DNA of 64,000 bases from Candidatus Omnitrophota bacterium (GTDB lineage Bacteria > Omnitrophota > Gorgyraeia > Zapsychrales > Fredricksoniimonadaceae): assembly GCA_013287965.1 (NCBI GenBank), contig JABDCU010000003.1, positions 4,231 through 68,230 of the forward strand, read 5' to 3'. Below the pieces are notes generated by a model. That model saw nothing but the letters and a program-made list of their open reading frames with translations, ran no database searches and had not been told where the DNA came from. Each line of letters begins with the position of its first letter. The stretch's first letter is position 1. Position numbers and translations under genes: made by a program. Below are positions 30,175 to 38,929 of this stretch, one piece after another.

Positions 30175-31824
30175 ATGAAATTTTCCAGATCAACTTTGGG
30201 GTATCTTGTCTTATTGGTCGTCCTGACCGTTCCTTTGTGTTCGAGGATATTTGGCAGTGACCTGATCGATGCCCATGATTCGATGGCGGGATTGATCAGG
30301 GCCCTGTCGATGCAGAAATACATGTGGCATGGTCAATTTTTAGTGCGATGGTCTCCGGAGATCAACTGGGGCTATGGTTATCCCATGTTCAATTTTTACC
30401 CGCCATTTTTTTCTTTTATTTCCGTGCTGCTTTTTCAACTGACACACAACATGGTCCTAGCCATTAATTTGGCCTGCAGTTTATTTTGGATATTGTCCGG
30501 GGCCGGCATGTTTTTTCTGGCCCGTGAGTTCTGGGGGGATGAAGGGGGGATGCTTTCAGCCGTGCTTTACGTTTACGCGCCGTATCATATCGTTGATCTT
30601 TATGTGCGCGGGGCTTTCGCGGAATTCAGTTCTTTTGCTTTTTTCCCGTTCCTTTTGTTTGCTATCCTGAAGGTGGGTCGTAAGGCAGGTCTTGGGTTTT
30701 TTCTTTTAGGGGTGGGAAGCGTTTTTGGCCTTAGCTTGACCCACAATATCATGAGCATGTTGTTTTTTCCTGTTGCTGTTGCCTTTATGTTTTATTTGTA
30801 TTATACGGGCGACCGCGAGGGTCGCGCTTACAGGATCCTTTCTGTGATGGGCATGTTTGTCATTGGCCTGATGATGTCATCCTTTTTTTGGTTACCAGCG
30901 CTTTTGGAAAAGAAGTTTTTGGGCCTTGAGTTTCTGGTTTCCATGCGCTATGACTTTCATAAGAATTTTATTTCACTAGGGGATTTATTCCAGCCCTTTA
31001 ATACAAATACTGCGGACAATGTTTCTTTTCAGGTCGGCATTATCCATTCATTGCTTTGCCTTGGCACCTTGGCGTGTCTTCCTAAAATTCTTAAAATAAA
31101 CAGGCGCTTGGGGCTTGGATACGTTTTCTTTTTGGTCGTTGGGTTAATGGCTGTTTTCTTCACACTGCCTTATTCACGTTTGTTTTGGGAGAATATCGGC
31201 ATTTTGAGTTTTATTCAGTTTCCCTGGCGTTTCTTGGCCATTATTGTTTTTGCCATGTCCCTGCTGTGCGGTTCTGTGGCGGTGTTGATCAAAGATCCAA
31301 TGGTAAGGAAGGTTTTTTTAATTATCGTAGGATTACTGGCTATTTTTGTTTCTTTTAAATCTTCTTCCAAGCCGGTGTTTGTAGCCAGTGAAAGAACTGT
31401 CGAGGATTTTCTTGCGATGGGCGAGGGGGAGTATACGCCCAAGTGGATCAAGATCCCGCCTGCCAAACGCCCTGACAGGAAATTTGAAATCGTCCGCGGG
31501 ACAGGCCAATTGGGCGAAGAAAGGTCTCTGGGCCCTGTTAACTATCAAACCATGTTCCAGGCGTCATCGCCGTGCCTATTGTCTTTTAATACTTTTTATT
31601 TTCCCGGCTGGCATGTTTATATGGATGGCCAGCCGATAAAACCTTATTTGGACAATTCTTTTGGTCTTATTCTTTTTCTTGTTCCGCCAGGGAACCATGA
31701 TATTCAAGTGATTTTTGGCCAAACGCCGGTCCGTGTGGCAGGGATGATTATTTCCTGGTTGGGGTTTGTTTTATTACTCATGTTGAGCTTTAATCCATGG
31801 CTGAGATCAAAATTGATCAATTGA
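30175..31824 (+). CDS. large polytopic membrane protein, GT-C-like
   Basis: Start set to ATG 30175 (1 nt after previous stop); DAHDSMAG ... WGYGYPMFNFYPPFF loop typical of GT-C-fold membrane enzymes. Confidence 0.5.
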   Translation: MKFSRSTLGYLVLLVVLTVPLCSRIFGSDLIDAHDSMAGLIRALSMQKYMWHGQFLVRWSPEINWGYGYPMFNFYPPFFSFISVLLFQLTHNMVLAINLACSLFWILSGAGMFFLAREFWGDEGGMLSAVLYVYAPYHIVDLYVRGAFAEFSSFAFFPFLLFAILKVGRKAGLGFFLLGVGSVFGLSLTHNIMSMLFFPVAVAFMFYLYYTGDREGRAYRILSVMGMFVIGLMMSSFFWLPALLEKKFLGLEFLVSMRYDFHKNFISLGDLFQPFNTNTADNVSFQVGIIHSLLCLGTLACLPKILKINRRLGLGYVFFLVVGLMAVFFTLPYSRLFWENIGILSFIQFPWRFLAIIVFAMSLLCGSVAVLIKDPMVRKVFLIIVGLLAIFVSFKSSSKPVFVASERTVEDFLAMGEGEYTPKWIKIPPAKRPDRKFEIVRGTGQLGEERSLGPVNYQTMFQASSPCLLSFNTFYFPGWHVYMDGQPIKPYLDNSFGLILFLVPPGNHDIQVIFGQTPVRVAGMIISWLGFVLLLMLSFNPWLRSKLIN

Positions 31825-32474
31825 TCCGTTCTCACCGCAGGACCATTGGTTTACAGATAACCAATGATGCGCGCCTGATCGTCCGTGCGCCGCATTCTGC
31901 TTCAGAAGGTTTTATCCGTAAACTCATCAGCCGTAAAGAATCCTGGATCATAGCCAAGCAAGACTTTTTTAAACAACGGCAAAATAAGGCCGTGATCCGG
32001 AAATTTGTCCCTGGCGAGGAATTTTTGTTTTTAGGAGAAAGTTATCAGTTAGTGGCTGTTGAAGATCTTCCTAAAGCTGTAGTTTTGGGTGATTCCTTGA
32101 TGATTTCTTCAGTAGTTTTGGCTAACGCGCGGGACCACATTGAAAATTGGTACAAGGACCAAGCCTTGGCTTATATAAGCCAACGGACTGCGAATTATGC
32201 CATAATGACAGGCCTAAAATTTCAATCTATCCGGATCAATAGCGCGACAACGCGCTGGGGGTCTTGCGGGTACAAAGACACGCTAAACTTCACCTGGCGC
32301 TTGATCATGGCGCCGATCAAGGTAGTGGATTATGTCATTATTCACGAGCTGATGCATTTAAAGCAGAAGAACCATTCAAGGAAGTTTTGGGCTGAGGTAG
32401 CTCAAATGATGCCTGATTACAAACAAGAGGAGCGTTGGCTGAAGCATAATAGCCATTTGTTGGGATGGGCTTAA
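31797..32474 (+). CDS. YgjP-like (DUF45) zinc metallopeptidase-fold protein
   Basis: RSHRRTIGLQI N-terminus, TRWGSC, HELMHLKQKNHS (HExxH). Confidence 0.75.
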   Translation: MAEIKIDQLIRSHRRTIGLQITNDARLIVRAPHSASEGFIRKLISRKESWIIAKQDFFKQRQNKAVIRKFVPGEEFLFLGESYQLVAVEDLPKAVVLGDSLMISSVVLANARDHIENWYKDQALAYISQRTANYAIMTGLKFQSIRINSATTRWGSCGYKDTLNFTWRLIMAPIKVVDYVIIHELMHLKQKNHSRKFWAEVAQMMPDYKQEERWLKHNSHLLGWA

Positions 32475-32547
32475 ATAAGCATTTTCTATGTGTATATACT
32501 TAACATAACATATATTATAGGAAGTTACGAAGGCGGGCTTTGAAGGG

Positions 32548-32570
32548 CCGGATCCTATCCGGTTTTTCAA
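32548..32570 (+). terminator. rho-independent terminator after the YgjP-like gene
   Basis: CCGGAT-CCT-ATCCGG followed by TTTTTCAATTT. Confidence 0.6.
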
Positions 32571-32790
32571 TTTGAGCTGCTAGTCAGCTCCTTCGCCCAT
32601 GGATCTCCTTTACTGTTTGTTGTTCCTGCCGCGGTAATTCCATCTACTATTTCAATTACACAGAGCATCCGAATAAAGCCTTCGAAAGAACAAAAACCGA
32701 AGCAATCGGCACAGCCGCCCGACTTATCCCCCTAAACACCGAAAAGCGTCTAGATGGGCATTTCTTAGAATATTTGGTGGAATCGACCTT

Positions 32791-32819
32791 ACATTAGCGC
32801 TTTTGAGTGATTATGGCAA
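32791..32819 (-). promoter_or_regulatory. conserved promoter module, copy P1 (no ORF downstream)
   Basis: Minus strand TTGCCA (32819-32814), 17 nt incl. AAAAGCGC, TAATGT (32796-32791); A-rich tract upstream. Confidence 0.45.
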
Positions 32820-32898
32820 GGTTTTTAATTTGGTTAGGTTGGGGGCTGAAGTGAAAGTTTTGTAGCAAAGTTTTACGTAAGGAATAATGCTAATGAAA

Positions 32899-32921
32899 CA
32901 GGCGCTGTCCCCTATTTTTAT
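32899..32921 (+). repeat. left arm of inverted repeat flanking the three-gene operon
   Basis: CAGGCGCTGTCCCCTATTTTTAT; equals reverse complement of 37932-37952 except two 1-nt indels. Confidence 0.6.
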
Positions 32922-32956
32922 ATAATCCGCCATAATACCTTTCTAATTGCTTCTTG

Positions 32957-33544
32957 CTAAGAAGCTATACGTAGATACGCATTTACAGTACCATCAGAAT
33001 TTAAATCCCAATATTGGGGATTCTTTGGCCTCAATTTACCGTCAAATATGTTAACAAAGAAGATTTCTTTTTCCATTAGGGATAGACGCTCCATATTACT
33101 TTTAGCCAACTCTAAAAATGGAATTCCTGCTACCGATGGATTCATGTGATGAATATCTGCTCGAAAGCTTCTCATTATCCCTTGCGATACTCTCAAACAA
33201 TCTTCGGATATAAAATTTCCTGTTTTTAATTCCAAAAGCAGCTCTTCTTCTGATTTTGTTTGTCCTTTTAGGTGTCTCTGTATGCTATTTCGTTCAGCAA
33301 TAAATTTAATTATTCCTTCGTTTATTGCATGACTCATCATTACAGTTGCAATAAAATATCCATCTCTATAAAGTCGGATACATTCAGCCGAAGCTTCTGA
33401 AAAATAATGGTTACCAATAATCCATTGTCGATCAATTTCTAGACTACGATTCATCCTATCCTCTAAAGTAGAATCAAACTCATCCTTTAATTCTTGTTTC
33501 AACTGAGCCCTTTTAATAAGATTATTTATTTCTGGAATTGTCAT
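32957..33544 (-). CDS. hypothetical 195-aa helical protein with HEPN-like R-x4-H motif
   Basis: ATGA overlap with upstream gene; C-terminal RSFRADIHH; no other motif recognised. Confidence 0.6.
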   Translation of the reverse strand: MTIPEINNLIKRAQLKQELKDEFDSTLEDRMNRSLEIDRQWIIGNHYFSEASAECIRLYRDGYFIATVMMSHAINEGIIKFIAERNSIQRHLKGQTKSEEELLLELKTGNFISEDCLRVSQGIMRSFRADIHHMNPSVAGIPFLELAKSNMERLSLMEKEIFFVNIFDGKLRPKNPQYWDLNSDGTVNAYLRIAS

Positions 33545-36500
33545 TCTTCCTGTTCTTTCTTACCTTTAGCATCATTCGCTCGCAGGACAACGCCACTATT
33601 CTTATCAAGCGTCTTAAATTCCTGTCTTGTGAAAGCCTTTACAACAACCTTTGTCCGTAAAAACCTATCTTTATCAGCATATTTATTAAGCCACTCTGGA
33701 TTTTTTGTAAGTATGTCATTTCTTAAATGATTGTCTTTATTAAGATCGATTACTTCGATCTTAAATTGTTCGTATAAATTCTTCTCATTTAAATCTAATA
33801 GAGGGTTAAGTTGCGTAAGAGTAGCAAACCTTCTTAAATCAAAGATTCCAATAGACCCTTTCTGAGCCTTATAGGCTTTATAGACTGGAACGGTACCGTG
33901 TTTTAGTTTTAAATATCCTTGAAAGTTAGGAAGACTCCCCTTTTTTTTAATATCTTTATGCCAATAAGGAGTGAACTGTCCATTTTCTGTTAACCCTCTT
34001 AAATCTTCAAATTCTAAGGATGCAATAATTACATTTGGAGAATACCCAAGAGTAATTAATTGCTCTATTGCAGATTCGATTTGAGCTACCACATCTTGCT
34101 TTCCTAACTCAATTGCATTTGCCTCCTTAAACATCTTTCCAAAGATAGAACCATTTTCAGATGTGGCCATGCCATTTCCATATTGTTCACCCCAGCGATG
34201 GTAGCCCACATGCCAATCATCTATAAAAGCTCCTTTTTCATCAATCTGATTATACCCAAGAGCTTCTGGAGGCCTTGTAATGTCCTTAAAATCAGTGTTA
34301 AAAATTCCATATTTTTCAAATATGCGATGAACGGTATTATTATTTTTGTAGCTTTCAATGAAGGTATTAATAAACTCCGTTTTCTTTTTCTGGCTTATTT
34401 CGGCATTAATAAGCGCGTCCTCATCTATGTGTACCTGTTTTTCTTTTACCTTATCAAATAATTTAAATAAGGCATCCTTCTTTGCCACAACATCAGCGCT
34501 AAGAACTTCATTCCACTGACTTATTTCATTAACCATCCCATTAATGATTTTCTTAAGAGAACTCTCATCGTTCTCAATCATAGGCATAAAATCGCGACTC
34601 GCAGGTAAGTCTTGAGTCAAAAGCTTATCAGCATCAATCCGACCTGCCATCTCTAACGACTTCAAGGCATACAGCATTAATGTCTTACTCATAAAATCAA
34701 TAGAATAAACTTTTCCATCCGTGGGAAGCTCCCACCAATCCCATCCCCAAAAATGACTTACATCATAAGAATGAGCATTTAAGAAAACTTGGGTTAATTC
34801 AGGTAGCGTTGAAGGAAGTCTGGCGCTAATCACCTTATAATACCTTAATAAATCTTTATTTGTTTTATCTGCAGCATACTGGCTCAATATTAGACTAGTA
34901 AGACCAAAAAACATTTCCCATTTTTTGTATTTAATCTCATTTTCGATCTTAAGAATAAATTCTCTTTCTTTAATCTCTTTATTTATTCTTTCCTTATCTG
35001 TGTCAGTCAAATTAACATCTTGGAGGTGCCATTTAAGATCACCCGCATCCCAATCATCAGAAGGAGAGAATTCAGAAAATAGATTTTGGCCAATCGTAAC
35101 AAATCTTTCAAAAGACCCAATGTCTTTAGCATCATAGGCAATCTTTAATAAATTCTGAAGTTGAGAATAGATTTCAATGGCAAAATCTTTATATTGCGTA
35201 ATTTTATATTCTCCACCTTCAATTTTATTTAATTCAAACTGAACAGAATAATCAGCCGTCTCTCGTAAGTAGGTGCCCACTCTTTCTTTTATTGAATCAC
35301 TAAGATCCTTATCCCCTTTCTTCTCGATCTCTAAAGCATGTTGATAGAAGAGTGATAAAAATGCGAATGACTTTTGAAACATAAAATGATCCATCGATCT
35401 TATTGAACGATTGGATAAAGCAATTGGCAAATGAGCGACTTTTCTAATTATATTTTTGTCTTTCGACTCAAGGCTAACTTCATAAATATCACGTAAATCA
35501 TCTAACATTCCTTCTAAGTGCGCCCAGCTGTTAATAGAAAACATATTCTCCCGTTCTTTTCTGGCCATTTCCATCGTGTAATTGCTTGAATAGTCTTTCA
35601 TGATATCCAAGAACAGCTCACCTAGAATAAGGTAGATTGATCTCAATTTATTAATCCGTCCAAGCCGTTTATTTCTAATATCGTCTATAAGCTGATCTTT
35701 AAGATTACCTAATTCAATAGTTAGTCCATCTTCTTCAAATTTTCTTAAACGGAATGTCCTTGCAACTAGAGATTCGATTTGTGACTGAACAGATTTATCT
35801 TTAATTAATTTCTTATTAACACTTAGAACGTATTCGCTCTTATGTTCTAAAGATTCCATAAACCTTTTCTTAAGATAACGCTCCTTACATTCAATAAGAG
35901 GTTTTTTTTCGCTCGAAGTATCTGCTTCATTATTATCGGCATTAGGATTGGGAGTGTTTTTATAAAAACTAAACCCATTTCGCAGAGCCGAATTCTCAAT
36001 TATCTTCGCAATCTTCTCAAGGCTTATTAGATTTATATCTGATATGACACTACCTTTTTGTTTAATATTAAATTTTATATACTCCTCCCCTTTCTTTTCA
36101 AGATCAAGAATCGCATAGTCTAGCTCAATTTTATTTTCACCTAAGGACTCCATTAAAATATTGTTACCCAAACGGTTTTCAATAGTATTATTAATAACTC
36201 TTTTCATTTTATCTTTTAGAAGTTCACAACTTTTTTGAAAGATTCTTTCATCACTTAAGATCAATCTAATTACTCGAACCAAAACACAGGCATAAGTAAT
36301 TGCCATTACAATGATCTGCCCCACTACAATTGGTGTCTTTTTTGCCCAAATTAAGTCCACAGAAAAGAAAAGAGCTACTATGGCAACAGGAAATAAACAA
36401 CTTTCTCGCAATAATACCTCTGATAAATTTACTCCGTATGCCGCTTTATTATTGGAAAATCCGATAATAAAAATTATGATCGGAAAGACTAAAGCTACAA

Positions 36501-36861
36501 TTCCAATTTGAAGCGGAACTAAAGTTGAATAGCTAGCACACTGGTTTTGTTGAATCCAAGGGAAACTAATGAGGAATTCAAAAGTTAAAGTTAAAAAAAT
36601 GATTAAAACACTTAATTTAAACCAAGTGGGATAGTAAAGTTGTGAAATTTGATCTAAAAGATTCTCGTAATTATGCTTTTGTAATGTTCTGCCCTGAAGC
36701 TTAGATTCAGCTTCTTTAATCTTAAAAGATAACCAACATTCTTTTCTAAAGAAATATTCTCTCTTTAGAATTAAAAATAATAGAAAGGAACAGAAAGCCG
36801 TCAATAGGATATAAATAAAAGCTGCGGATAAAAAATTTAATAAGAAAATGCCGTTCATCAT
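33541..36861 (-). CDS. hypothetical 1106-aa membrane-anchored protein
   Basis: Long uninterrupted ORF in AT-rich DNA; ~5 N-terminal TM helices then ~880 aa soluble; no Walker A or known catalytic signature found by eye. Confidence 0.7.
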   Translation of the reverse strand: MMNGIFLLNFLSAAFIYILLTAFCSFLLFLILKREYFFRKECWLSFKIKEAESKLQGRTLQKHNYENLLDQISQLYYPTWFKLSVLIIFLTLTFEFLISFPWIQQNQCASYSTLVPLQIGIVALVFPIIIFIIGFSNNKAAYGVNLSEVLLRESCLFPVAIVALFFSVDLIWAKKTPIVVGQIIVMAITYACVLVRVIRLILSDERIFQKSCELLKDKMKRVINNTIENRLGNNILMESLGENKIELDYAILDLEKKGEEYIKFNIKQKGSVISDINLISLEKIAKIIENSALRNGFSFYKNTPNPNADNNEADTSSEKKPLIECKERYLKKRFMESLEHKSEYVLSVNKKLIKDKSVQSQIESLVARTFRLRKFEEDGLTIELGNLKDQLIDDIRNKRLGRINKLRSIYLILGELFLDIMKDYSSNYTMEMARKERENMFSINSWAHLEGMLDDLRDIYEVSLESKDKNIIRKVAHLPIALSNRSIRSMDHFMFQKSFAFLSLFYQHALEIEKKGDKDLSDSIKERVGTYLRETADYSVQFELNKIEGGEYKITQYKDFAIEIYSQLQNLLKIAYDAKDIGSFERFVTIGQNLFSEFSPSDDWDAGDLKWHLQDVNLTDTDKERINKEIKEREFILKIENEIKYKKWEMFFGLTSLILSQYAADKTNKDLLRYYKVISARLPSTLPELTQVFLNAHSYDVSHFWGWDWWELPTDGKVYSIDFMSKTLMLYALKSLEMAGRIDADKLLTQDLPASRDFMPMIENDESSLKKIINGMVNEISQWNEVLSADVVAKKDALFKLFDKVKEKQVHIDEDALINAEISQKKKTEFINTFIESYKNNNTVHRIFEKYGIFNTDFKDITRPPEALGYNQIDEKGAFIDDWHVGYHRWGEQYGNGMATSENGSIFGKMFKEANAIELGKQDVVAQIESAIEQLITLGYSPNVIIASLEFEDLRGLTENGQFTPYWHKDIKKKGSLPNFQGYLKLKHGTVPVYKAYKAQKGSIGIFDLRRFATLTQLNPLLDLNEKNLYEQFKIEVIDLNKDNHLRNDILTKNPEWLNKYADKDRFLRTKVVVKAFTRQEFKTLDKNSGVVLRANDAKGKKEQEE

Positions 36862-36880
36862 TTTTGTGCTTCTCTTTACT

Positions 36881-37675
36881 TTACCAAGAAGTTGAATCCT
36901 GTTTTAGTGAATAAGATTTTAAGGGGCCGACCTTATCTATTGTAAATTCTAACAATGGAGATAATTCATAAATTGTAAAACTAGGACCTACGATTTTGGT
37001 CTGCCTATCCAAAGAGGCACAAATCACTTTATCATTATATGTATTCAGTACAATTTTATTTGGATTATTAGTAAGCACGAGAAACGACTTTTTATTTGAT
37101 GCATAAATCTCTCCACTTACTTCCACAAAGAATAATATAATTATAAGATTAACAATAAGACCTACATTGACATCTCCAAAACGTTCATAGAGCTTAAAAG
37201 AAAGCGCCCCTTGGGATTTCTTTTTCAGTTTTACTTTTTCTTCGTAAGCTTCAAGCTTCTCTTTGTAGCTTTTTTTATTCTTCTCAGTAAAAATAGGGAC
37301 TATTAAGCTCAAAGATAATGCAATTATTGCGCCAACAAAAAGACCTGTGGCAAAAGGAGTCTTATGTATGAAGAAATAAATTCCCAAATAAATATATAAT
37401 GGTGCTACAGTCAATAATCTGTAATACAAAATATTTTTCTTTGCAGTATCAGCAGGTACATGTTCATAAAGTGAGAGTAAAAATAAGAATGATAACATTA
37501 CGCCTATTGTCGTTCTAATCACCTGGGATAAATCAACACTAATAAATTCTATTGGCATTCCAAAGTAGCTTACATAGCCCCATTGGAACGAGTATGTCAT
37601 CAGATACCCTATCAAAGGAGCTGTTGCAATTACCACCCCCTCAGTTAACCATGATTTTTTATTTTGTTCATCCAT
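36881..37675 (-). CDS. hypothetical 264-aa polytopic membrane protein
   Basis: 4-5 TM helices, Lys-rich cytoplasmic loop, C-terminal ~70-aa soluble domain; 19 nt upstream of the 1106-aa ORF. Confidence 0.6.
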   Translation of the reverse strand: MDEQNKKSWLTEGVVIATAPLIGYLMTYSFQWGYVSYFGMPIEFISVDLSQVIRTTIGVMLSFLFLLSLYEHVPADTAKKNILYYRLLTVAPLYIYLGIYFFIHKTPFATGLFVGAIIALSLSLIVPIFTEKNKKSYKEKLEAYEEKVKLKKKSQGALSFKLYERFGDVNVGLIVNLIIILFFVEVSGEIYASNKKSFLVLTNNPNKIVLNTYNDKVICASLDRQTKIVGPSFTIYELSPLLEFTIDKVGPLKSYSLKQDSTSW

Positions 37676-37790
37676 AGTGTTTCTCGTGTGATTCCACTGC
37701 TACTCATAGTAATCTTAATTAATTCATACATAAATTAGGGTGACGCACAACTTAATTCTAACTGGATTCCTACTTTCGCACGAATGACAA

Positions 37791-37847
37791 GCGAATCCCC
37801 TGCCGCACCAGAGAAAAACCACCGTTCGAATTCACCTGCAGGGCTGG
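37791..37847 (+). repeat. 57-nt conserved island element, copy 1
   Basis: GCGAATCCCCTGCCGCACCAGAGAAAAACCACCGTTCGAATTCACCTGCAGGGCTGG. Confidence 0.85.
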
Positions 37848-37855
37848 TGTAAAAA

Positions 37856-37894
37856 AGATTGCTTCGTCGACCTTCGGCCTCCTCGCAATGACAC
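37856..37894 (+). repeat. hairpin (REP-like) repeat; terminator-like on minus strand
   Basis: AGATTGCTTCGTCGACCTTCGGCCTCCTCGCAATGACAC preceded by A6 (T6 on minus strand). Confidence 0.8.
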
Positions 37895-37931
37895 TGGTGT
37901 TCGACGATCAAAAAACAGGGAATATTGACAC

Positions 37932-37966
37932 ATAAAAATAGGGACAGCCCTGCCCTACTTTTTAAT
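37932..37966. terminator. bidirectional terminator-like hairpin; also right arm of the inverted repeat
   Basis: ATAAAAA-TAGGG-ACAGCCCTG-CCCTA-CTTTTTAATT, ~100 nt downstream of the endonuclease gene. Confidence 0.45.
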
Positions 37967-37978
37967 TCGGATTACGCT

Positions 37979-38007
37979 AAGATACTGCTTTTAGGGAATT
38001 ACTTCAA
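37979..38007 (-). promoter_or_regulatory. conserved promoter module, copy P4
   Basis: Minus strand AAAAAGCTTGAAG, 17 nt incl. CTAAAAGCAG, TATCTT. Confidence 0.4.
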
Positions 38008-38062
38008 GCTTTTTGATGCAGGAAGGTTAAAATCAAGCAGGCAGCCAGGAAAGCAGAGAAGT

Positions 38063-38926
38063 TTACATAAATGATTTCAAGAAAATTACAGATTCCTTTT
38101 TATTTTGGAAAATAGCATGAATATTGTCCCCATTACTATACTTAATATCAATTTCATATTTTAATACAGGATTTTCACAAGGTTCCTTATCTTTATATTC
38201 ATTGATATATTCGATAGCATTTTGAATCGTATTTAATTTAACTGCACAGCCATGCAATGCTAAAACAGTTATGCTTGTAACCTTTCGTGCAATCGAACGA
38301 ATTAACTCCTGTCTAAATGTGTTAATTCCCCCTGCTTTAATATTTAAAAGCTTAATTACAATTTTTTGGATATCCTTTGTTCCAAAAGTTTTCCATTTTT
38401 TAATCTTTTTCTTAAATTCATTTTCAGGAGTATCTTCATTAAAAGAAGCAACAATACCAGCAGCATTAAAAGCTTTTATAATAGACGCATAATCGAGATA
38501 TAAAACCGTAAACCCTTTTGATTTTAATTGACTCAAAGATCCAGAGGTGAATTCACCAGCTAAAATTATCCCTAAAAAAGGATGTAGATGATTGTACGTC
38601 TGTGATAAAGGAACTATGGCTCCCTCGATTTCTTGAGCCTTATTCCTTGAATGTTTTGTATAACGGCGCCAAGCGATTTCAATAAATGCAACTGGTAAAC
38701 CTAAAGTATTTTCTGTTCCTCCTCTTTCTATTACATAGTCCAAATCATGGGAGTTGCCATATTTATCTTGCCAAGAAACCTTCTTCCCTGGACGGGCTTT
38801 TCGAGATTTTTTGTAATCTAAGTATAGGTTGTGCTCACTAGCAATTTTTTGTAAGAATTGTCGGATAGCAAATTCAAGCACATCACCGATTATCTGTCCC
38901 CATTTATGTGAATAAGATACTGCCAT
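38063..38926 (-). CDS. putative type II restriction endonuclease
   Basis: 3 nt downstream of the methyltransferase gene; possible PD-(D/E)xK core HDLDYVIE ... VAFIEIAWRRYTK. Confidence 0.55.
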   Translation of the reverse strand: MAVSYSHKWGQIIGDVLEFAIRQFLQKIASEHNLYLDYKKSRKARPGKKVSWQDKYGNSHDLDYVIERGGTENTLGLPVAFIEIAWRRYTKHSRNKAQEIEGAIVPLSQTYNHLHPFLGIILAGEFTSGSLSQLKSKGFTVLYLDYASIIKAFNAAGIVASFNEDTPENEFKKKIKKWKTFGTKDIQKIVIKLLNIKAGGINTFRQELIRSIARKVTSITVLALHGCAVKLNTIQNAIEYINEYKDKEPCENPVLKYEIDIKYSNGDNIHAIFQNKKESVIFLKSFM

Positions 38927-38929
38927 ATG

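Noticed and set aside
32376-32570. Minus-strand 64-aa ORF spanning the end of the YgjP-like gene
   Set aside because: It overlaps the 3' end and terminator of a supported gene, and has no SD or recognisable features.
32775-32790. GGTCGATTCCACCA on the minus strand, reminiscent of a tRNA/tmRNA T-arm plus CCA end (possible att site remnant)
   Set aside because: Too few nucleotides between the T-loop-like TCGATTC and CCA for a T-stem plus acceptor stem. No cloverleaf can be drawn upstream, and the motif lies at the predicted 5' end (not 3' end) of any P1 transcript.
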